32,000 bases of DNA from Oleispira antarctica RB-8. Lineage in GTDB: Bacteria > Pseudomonadota > Gammaproteobacteria > Pseudomonadales > Oceanobacteraceae. The DNA lies in the NCBI GenBank assembly GCA_000967895.1, contig FO203512.1, forward strand, positions 1,293,350 through 1,325,349, read 5' to 3'. The notes under the pieces are model-generated. The model worked only from the letters and a program-made list of their open reading frames with translations. It ran no database searches and was not told the origin of the DNA. This document shows, one piece after another, positions 25,732 to 32,000 of this stretch (positions are counted from its first letter, which is position 1; the number at the start of each line of letters is the position of its first letter). The position numbers and the translations under genes are program-made.

Positions 25732-28281
25732 ATGTCTGAAGAGCAAGATTCAACACATTGGAAAACGCCAGCACTAACGGTTATTCCAGCCGCATTCGCA
25801 TTTTTGTATTTGGTGGTTACGGCCGCTAACGTCGGTTTGTCTGCCGTAGTCGCTGTAATAGGCGTTGTTCTATCTATCGTTTTGGGCTGGGTGTTGTTAT
25901 CCAAGCATGAGGTGCAAGATGGTAATGCCATTGAAACTGAGCGGTTAGTGAAAGCGCTGAATGTGTGTAATACCAATGTGATGTTAGCAGATGCTAATAA
26001 TGAGATTTGTTATACCAATGAATCCGTCAATATTATGATGAAAAACGCCGAAGCGGCTATTCGCAGTGAACTTCCTAATTTTAATAGTGCCAGTTTAATT
26101 GGCACTAATATGGATGTTTTTCATAAAAATCCTGCTCATCAAAAAAGTATGGTTGCGAGCTTAAATAAAACATATAAAACACACATTGTGGTGGGTGGTC
26201 GTACTCTTGGCTTAATTGCTACGCCTATTTTTTCAGATGACGAATTACGTTTGGGAACGGTGGTTGAGTGGTCTGATAAAACAGACGAATTAGCGAAAGA
26301 ACATGATGAGCAGCAAGTAGTAAAAGAAAATATTCGTATTCGAAAAGCGTTAGATGTTTGTAATACCAATGTGATGATGGCGGATGAAAATCTAAACATT
26401 GTTTACATGAATAAAGCCGTAAGTGACATGATGATTGAGGCCGAAACCGATTTAAAAGTGGCGCTACCCCATTTTAAGGCTCATGAATTGATGGGGGTTA
26501 ATATTGATGTTTTCCATAAAGATCCATCGCATCAGCGTGGTATGTTAGAAAAGTTAACGCATGTATATAAAACCACGATCGAAGTAGGAATACGTACGTT
26601 TAGTTTAATCGCAACGCCTGTATTTGAAGAAGGCCAACGTCTAGGCACTGTCGTCGAATGGCTTGATAAAACAGAAACTCTTGCGCAAGAAATTGCAGAA
26701 AAGATTGTGGCTGATACCAATGCTCGAGTAAAACAGGCGCTGGATTCTGTTTCAGGTAATACCATGATCGCCGATAATGACTTTAACATTATTTATATGA
26801 ATGCCGCGGTGCAGGGCATGATGAGTCATGCTGAAGGAGACATACAGAAAGATTTACCTCATTTTGATGCGAATAATCTGGTCGGTAAAAATATTGATAC
26901 CTTCCATAAAAACCCTGCTCATCAGCGCGATTTAGTCGCTAAAATGACAGGGACTTATAAAGCACACATCGTTTTGGGGGGGCGAACGTTTGTATTGATT
27001 GCTAATCCGATTGAAAATGAACAAGGCGAACGCATAGGTGCTGTAGTGGAATGGCTGGATCGTACCGACGAAGTGGCTGTTGAAAAAGAAGTCGATGGTT
27101 TGGTGCAAGCGGCGATTAATGGCGATTTATCGCATCGTTTAGAAACCAGCAATAAAGAAGGTTTTTTCTTAAGTCTGGCCGATGGACTTAATAACTTAGT
27201 CGGCATCGCTGAAGACGTCGTTAACGATACCGCACGAGTATTGGATGCTTTAGCTAATGGGCGATTAACAGAAACCATTACGGCTGATTATCAAGGCTCA
27301 TTTGGCAAGCTCAAACAAGATTCTAATGCGACGGTAGTCAAGCTCACCGAGATTATAACGAATATTCGTGAGTCGGCCTCGACGGTCTCGATAGGTGCCA
27401 ATGAGATTGCTCAGGGTAATGCTGATTTGAGTCAACGGACTGAATCACAAGCGTCAAACCTTGAAGAAACAGCGTCTAGTATGGAAGAGATGACCAGTGC
27501 GGTGAAGCAGACCAGTGAGAATTCTATACATGCAACTGAGTTGGCTGTTTCAGCCAGTAAGCAAGCGGCACAAGGTGGGGAAGTTGTGAGCCGTGCAGTG
27601 ATGGCAATGGACGAGATTAACCAAGCCAGTAATAAAATTGCTGATATTATTGGAGTCATTGATGAGATCGCCTTTCAAACAAATTTATTAGCCTTAAACG
27701 CCGCGGTAGAAGCAGCACGAGCAGGAGAGCAGGGCAGAGGCTTTGCCGTTGTGGCCGGGGAAGTACGAAGTCTCGCTCAGCGTTCGGCGGGTGCCGCGAA
27801 AGAAATTAAAGAACTGATTCGTGACAGTGTGGATAAGGTCAGCGCGGGAACTAACTTGGTTAACGAGTCAGGGAAAACATTAAAAGATATTGTATCCTCG
27901 GTGAAGCGAGTAACCGATATGATTGAAGAAATCAGTATTGCAGCCCACGAGCAGTCATCGGGAATAGAGCAGGTCAATAGTGCAATTTCGCAAATGGATG
28001 AAATGACACAACAAAATGCGGCGCTAGTAGAAGAGGCAACAGCTGCGGGTGAAGCTATGGCAGAGCAATCCCGAGGCATGATGAACCTGATGGATTTCTT
28101 TACCTTGAACAATTCAGCGACCAGCATGGAAGGTTATGTTAACCGCCCCTCTATTTCTGCACCGACCAATTCTACTCATTTTAATCCCGTTAGCCAGAAA
28201 CCTGTCACACAAAAGTCTTCTCACTCCCGTGAAGGCGCTATTGTGAGTGATTCAGCCGATGATGAATGGCAAGAGTTTTAA
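25732..28281 (+). CDS. Methyl-accepting chemotaxis protein with membrane hairpin and three tandem PAS-like domains
   Basis: Hydrophobic segments [20 protein letters not shown] and [19 protein letters not shown], three approx. 130-aa repeats with CNTNVM(L/M)AD...GRT..LIATP/ANP, and an MCP signalling domain core [55 protein letters not shown]. Confidence 0.95.
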   Translation: MSEEQDSTHWKTPALTVIPAAFAFLYLVVTAANVGLSAVVAVIGVVLSIVLGWVLLSKHEVQDGNAIETERLVKALNVCNTNVMLADANNEICYTNESVNIMMKNAEAAIRSELPNFNSASLIGTNMDVFHKNPAHQKSMVASLNKTYKTHIVVGGRTLGLIATPIFSDDELRLGTVVEWSDKTDELAKEHDEQQVVKENIRIRKALDVCNTNVMMADENLNIVYMNKAVSDMMIEAETDLKVALPHFKAHELMGVNIDVFHKDPSHQRGMLEKLTHVYKTTIEVGIRTFSLIATPVFEEGQRLGTVVEWLDKTETLAQEIAEKIVADTNARVKQALDSVSGNTMIADNDFNIIYMNAAVQGMMSHAEGDIQKDLPHFDANNLVGKNIDTFHKNPAHQRDLVAKMTGTYKAHIVLGGRTFVLIANPIENEQGERIGAVVEWLDRTDEVAVEKEVDGLVQAAINGDLSHRLETSNKEGFFLSLADGLNNLVGIAEDVVNDTARVLDALANGRLTETITADYQGSFGKLKQDSNATVVKLTEIITNIRESASTVSIGANEIAQGNADLSQRTESQASNLEETASSMEEMTSAVKQTSENSIHATELAVSASKQAAQGGEVVSRAVMAMDEINQASNKIADIIGVIDEIAFQTNLLALNAAVEAARAGEQGRGFAVVAGEVRSLAQRSAGAAKEIKELIRDSVDKVSAGTNLVNESGKTLKDIVSSVKRVTDMIEEISIAAHEQSSGIEQVNSAISQMDEMTQQNAALVEEATAAGEAMAEQSRGMMNLMDFFTLNNSATSMEGYVNRPSISAPTNSTHFNPVSQKPVTQKSSHSREGAIVSDSADDEWQEF

Positions 28282-28338
28282 AACTTGATTATGCCTAATG
28301 CTCATGCAGCTGTCGATTACAGGGAAAAGGAATTCCCT

Positions 28339-29142
28339 ATGACAAGCAAAGACTTCGAGCGGATCGCAGATTTAGCAGGCCGTTATACCGGAATTGTATT
28401 AGGCGAGCATAAACACGATATGGTTTATGGCCGAATCGCTCGTCGAGTTCGCAAGTTGAATCTATCAAGTTTCACGGCTTATTTGGATTTTTTAGAAGCC
28501 AACCTTCAGCAAGAATTATCGAATTTTATTAATGTTATTACGACAAACTTAACCTCATTTTTTAGAGAAAATCACCATTTTGATTTTCTTTATAAGACGG
28601 TATTAGCAGAGGTTAAAAGAAAGAATCATGCGACGAAGCGCGTGCGAATTTGGTCTGCGGGTTGCTCGACAGGGATGGAGCCCTATTCAATAGCGATGAC
28701 GTTGATTAAGTTTGGCATACCAGCTGATTGGGATGTGAAAATATTAGCAACGGACTTAGATTCTGATGTGCTAGATAAAGCACGAACTGCTGTGTACTCA
28801 GTCAATGAGGTTGATGGTTTAGCAGAAGGGGTTGTTAAAAATTATTTTCAACGTGGCGGCACAGGAAAAGAAGTAAGAGTAAAAGAAAGGGTGAGTCAGT
28901 TTGTTCATTTTAAGCGTTTAAATCTGCTAGAAAACTGGCCAATGAAAGGGCCGTTTGACTTTATATTTTGTCGAAATGTTGTGATCTATTTTGACAAGCC
29001 AACCCAGAAAATATTATTTGATCGTTATGCTGAGCTGTTATCGGTAGGAGGCTATCTATTTATTGGTCATTCTGAAAATTTACACGGCATCAGTGATCGC
29101 TTTGAAAATTTAGGAAATACTGTTTATAGGAAGATACGCTAA
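28339..29142 (+). CDS. cheR: Chemotaxis protein methyltransferase CheR
   Basis: FERIADLAGRYTGIVLGEHKHDMVYGRIARRVRKL, NVITTNLTSFFRENHHFDFL, GCSTGMEPYSIAM, DFIFCRNVVIYFDKPTQ. The track starts at TTG 28285, but the ATG at 28339 has an AAAAGGAA RBS and fits CheR N-termini. Confidence 0.93.
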   Translation: MTSKDFERIADLAGRYTGIVLGEHKHDMVYGRIARRVRKLNLSSFTAYLDFLEANLQQELSNFINVITTNLTSFFRENHHFDFLYKTVLAEVKRKNHATKRVRIWSAGCSTGMEPYSIAMTLIKFGIPADWDVKILATDLDSDVLDKARTAVYSVNEVDGLAEGVVKNYFQRGGTGKEVRVKERVSQFVHFKRLNLLENWPMKGPFDFIFCRNVVIYFDKPTQKILFDRYAELLSVGGYLFIGHSENLHGISDRFENLGNTVYRKIR

Positions 29143-29807
29143 TGACCGCGTTGAATAATAACGTCTCTCAGCCTGAACAGCCTCCTTTAAGTCAAGATTT
29201 TACACATATAAACCGTTATTGGGACAATCTTCATCAAGTCTGGGCGGCTAAAATATTGCCGGGTGAATTGTATGTGTCTACCCATGGGGAAATGATTTCA
29301 ACTGTATTAGGATCTTGTATTTCGGTGTGCATTCGCGACAAGAAAAAAGGGATTGGAGGCATGAATCATTTTATGCTGCCGCAAAATAATGAATTTTCTA
29401 GTGAGAGTTGGGGGACTAATCCGATTACTTCAGCGTCTCGTTACGGTAATTGGGCGATGGAGTATTTGATCAATGCTATTTTAAAATGCGGTGGTGAAAA
29501 GAAAAACTTTGAAGTGAAAGTTTTTGGTGGTGGTCAGATGATGGCAAGAATGACTGATATTGGCCAAAAAAATATCCTATTTGTGTATCAATATTTAGCA
29601 GAAGAAAAACTGAGGATTGAGGCCAGTGATGTGGGTGATATTTATGCTCGAAAAGTTTTGTATTTTCCTGATACGGGTTGTGTAAAAGTTAGGCGTATAA
29701 AACATATTAAAAACGATACAATTATTCGTCGTGAAACTGAATACGAACAGCATGTGAAAGTTGTGGATGAAGCTAAGCCTGATGCGAGTAATGTCGAGCT
29801 ATTTTAG
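29142..29807 (+). CDS. cheD: Chemoreceptor glutamine deamidase CheD
   Basis: LYVSTHGEMISTVLGSCISVCIRDKKKGIGGMNHFMLP, RYGNWAMEYLINAILKCGG, KVFGGGQMM. Confidence 0.94.
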   Translation: MTALNNNVSQPEQPPLSQDFTHINRYWDNLHQVWAAKILPGELYVSTHGEMISTVLGSCISVCIRDKKKGIGGMNHFMLPQNNEFSSESWGTNPITSASRYGNWAMEYLINAILKCGGEKKNFEVKVFGGGQMMARMTDIGQKNILFVYQYLAEEKLRIEASDVGDIYARKVLYFPDTGCVKVRRIKHIKNDTIIRRETEYEQHVKVVDEAKPDASNVELF

Positions 29808-29816
29808 GGAGGGGTC

Positions 29817-30848
29817 ATGGTTAAAATTCGTGTATTGGTAATTGATGATTCTGCACTCATTAGACAAATGCTAACAGAAATATTAAACAGTCGAGATGAT
29901 ATAGACGTTGTAGGCACTGCTGAAGATCCTTTTATTGCTAGAGAAAAAATAAAGCAGTTATCGCCCGATGTATTAACTCTAGACATTGAAATGCCGAGAA
30001 TGACGGGGTTGCAGTTTTTAAAAAACCTAATGCGCTTGCGCCCTATGCCTGTGATTATGGTTTCTACATTAACTGAACGTGGTGCGCCGGAAACGTTAGA
30101 GGCTTTAGAGCTGGGTGCTGTCGATTATATTTGCAAGCCTAAAGCGAAGACGGAAACCAAGCTTAGAATATTTGCCGATGATCTCGTAAGTAAAGTAAGA
30201 ATGGCATCAACCGCTCGGGTGCGGCCATTTGAACAGAATAAAACCCGTGTTCCTGTCGCTCGATCAAGTGCCACGTTTTCTAAAGTGATTGCTGTGGGTG
30301 CTTCTACTGGAGGAACGGAAGCTATTAAAGAACTGCTCACGTCGGTTCCTGAAAATTGCCCGCCCATTTTAATTACTCAGCACATTCCTAAAGTATTCAG
30401 TACGTCTTTTGCTGAACGGCTTGATCGCTGTTTGGCGATGGAAGTATTTGAAGCCCAAGAAGGTATGATAATTCGTTCTGGCTGTGTGTATATAGCACCT
30501 GGCGACTATCACTTAACGATTGCCAAGTCGGGAACTAAGATGGTTTGTCGTATTATTCAAACGGAAAAGGTAAACCGTCACCGACCTGCTGTTGATGTAA
30601 TGTTCAACTCAATATTGGAAGCTTATGGCCCCAACGTTGTGGCCGTTATGTTAACGGGCATGGGGAATGATGGCGCTCAGGGAATGCTTAAATTAAAGCA
30701 AGCGGGCGCGGTGACTTACGCGCAAGATGAGGCGACGTCGGTTGTCTGGGGGATGCCTCAGGCGGCATACAATATCGGCGCTGTCGATGAATTGCTTCCT
30801 CTGCAAAAAATTACTGAGAGAATGCTTTGGTCAGCGCAAAAAAAATGA
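29817..30848 (+). CDS. cheB: Chemotaxis response regulator protein-glutamate methylesterase CheB
   Basis: REC domain IRVLVIDDSALIRQMLTEILNSRDDIDVVG..VLTLDIEMPRMTG plus catalytic domain VIAVGASTGGTEAIKELL, ILITQHIPKVF, AVMLTGMGNDGAQGMLKLKQAG. Confidence 0.96.
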   Translation: MVKIRVLVIDDSALIRQMLTEILNSRDDIDVVGTAEDPFIAREKIKQLSPDVLTLDIEMPRMTGLQFLKNLMRLRPMPVIMVSTLTERGAPETLEALELGAVDYICKPKAKTETKLRIFADDLVSKVRMASTARVRPFEQNKTRVPVARSSATFSKVIAVGASTGGTEAIKELLTSVPENCPPILITQHIPKVFSTSFAERLDRCLAMEVFEAQEGMIIRSGCVYIAPGDYHLTIAKSGTKMVCRIIQTEKVNRHRPAVDVMFNSILEAYGPNVVAVMLTGMGNDGAQGMLKLKQAGAVTYAQDEATSVVWGMPQAAYNIGAVDELLPLQKITERMLWSAQKK

Positions 30849-30917
30849 TCATTTAAAACGCTGGGTTAAGGCTGAATATGGTCTAAAGTATAAATAGGTT
30901 ATTAAGGGAGTTAAGAA

Positions 30918-31223
30918 ATGGGTGTTCAGTCGAATATTGATAGTAGTGGAAAAGAGCTAACGATTAAGATTGGTGGCCGCTTTGATTTTAGTGCGCATCA
31001 AGAATTCCGCGATGCTTACGAAAATATTTCAACGGCTGTTAGTCGCTATGTTGTCGATTTAGGCAATACATCGTACTTGGATAGTTCGGCATTGGGGATG
31101 TTGTTATTACTTCGAGATCATGCAGGTGGAGATAATGCCAGCATTAAAATAGTTAAGTGTAATGAAGACGTACGAAAAATATTGACGATTTCTAATTTTG
31201 AACAGCTGTTTACAATTCAATAG
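30918..31223 (+). CDS. STAS-domain anti-sigma factor antagonist
   Basis: IKIGGRFDFSAHQEFRDAYENISTAVSRYVVDLGNTSYLDSSALGMLLLLRDHAGGDNASIKIVKCNEDVRKILTISNFEQLF; the conserved DSSALG serine motif is present. Confidence 0.92.
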   Translation: MGVQSNIDSSGKELTIKIGGRFDFSAHQEFRDAYENISTAVSRYVVDLGNTSYLDSSALGMLLLLRDHAGGDNASIKIVKCNEDVRKILTISNFEQLFTIQ

Positions 31224-31243
31224 CGTAAGTGCGGGTGGCTAAC

Positions 31244-32000
31244 ATGAAAATCCTTATTGCTGACGATAATGCCTCAGATCGATTATTATTGAGTAAAATC
31301 ATCAGCAAACAGGGTCATGATGTTGTTGAGGCAGAAGATGGTAAGCATGCTATCGATTGTTACCTTGAGGACGCGCCTGACATTATTTTAATGGATGTCA
31401 TGATGCCGGTACTTGATGGTAAGGCTGCGGCAAAAGAAATTAAGCGCATTGCAGGTGAAGATTTAATTCCTATTATATTTTTAACTTCACTTATTGATGC
31501 TCAAAGTCTTGCGGATTGTTTAGAGTCTGGTGGTGATGATTTTTTAACCAAACCTTATAACCATATTATTCTTAAAGCTAAAATAGATGCATTTGTTCGT
31601 ATGAAAAACATGCATGGTATTTTACAGAAGCAGCGAGATACTATTGCTGCGAATAATCAGCACATGTTGCAGGAGCAGCATGTTGCAAAAGCGGTATTTG
31701 ATAATGTTGCGCACTCAGGTTGTTTAGATGCCGCTAATATTAAATACATGCTGTCTCCTTTAGCGGTATTTAATGGTGATGTTTTATTAGCCGCCCGTAA
31801 ACCTTCTGGTGGTATGCATGTACTTTTGGGCGACTTCACGGGCCATGGGTTGCCAGCGGCGATTGGGGCAATGCCAGTAGCTGAAATATTTTATGGTATG
31901 ACCGCAAAGGGTTTTGGGTTGCGTAATATTCTGCGAGAAATTAATACCAAGCTTAAGAATATTTTACCGGTAGGCTTTTTCTGCTGCGCAGCGGTTGTCG
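31244..32000 (+). CDS. Response regulator with PP2C/SpoIIE-type phosphatase domain, truncated by the right edge
   Basis: Read from sequence (absent from the ORF track because it runs off the edge): MKILIADDNASDRLLLSKIISKQGHDVVEAEDG...DIILMDVMMPVLDG...LTKPYNH then FNGDVLLAARKPSGGMHVLLGDFTGHGLPAAIGAMPVAEIFYGM, typical of SpoIIE phosphatases. Confidence 0.88.
   Translation, partial: MKILIADDNASDRLLLSKIISKQGHDVVEAEDGKHAIDCYLEDAPDIILMDVMMPVLDGKAAAKEIKRIAGEDLIPIIFLTSLIDAQSLADCLESGGDDFLTKPYNHIILKAKIDAFVRMKNMHGILQKQRDTIAANNQHMLQEQHVAKAVFDNVAHSGCLDAANIKYMLSPLAVFNGDVLLAARKPSGGMHVLLGDFTGHGLPAAIGAMPVAEIFYGMTAKGFGLRNILREINTKLKNILPVGFFCCAAVV

Noticed and set aside
1-32000. CRISPR, transposon, prophage or tRNA signals
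   Set aside because: No regularly spaced direct repeats with spacers, no transposase/integrase motifs and no obvious tRNA-like sequence seen by eye; the only tight DNA-level tandem repeat is within fliH.

Overview
This 32 kb window is a gammaproteobacterial flagellar and chemotaxis locus. Almost all genes are on the + strand. Order: flgL (3' end), fliC, flaG, fliD, [minus-strand TPR-methyltransferase], fliS, fleQ, fleS, fleR, fliE, fliF, fliG, fliH, fliI, fliJ, STAS protein, cheY-like, cheA, cheW, tandem-PAS MCP, cheR, cheD, cheB, STAS protein, and a response regulator/PP2C phosphatase cut by the right edge. I saw no mobile element, CRISPR array, tRNA or rRNA. The less ordinary points are: (1) an enlarged flagellin (877 aa) and an even larger filament cap FliD (1318 aa), both apparently built from repeated internal modules; (2) a divergent TPR-methyltransferase gene inserted between fliD and fliS on the opposite strand, with its own near-consensus sigma54 promoter; (3) sigma28-like promoters in front of fliC, fliD and fliS, the fliD one lying inside a terminator-like hairpin; (4) an 8 x 18-bp acidic tandem repeat at the 3' end of fliH; (5) a FliE about twice the usual length; (6) a triple-PAS chemoreceptor ending in a CheR-docking-like pentapeptide; (7) STAS and REC-PP2C genes suggesting a partner-switch module at the end of the chemotaxis operon. 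All product names are from motif recognition by eye; no database search was run.
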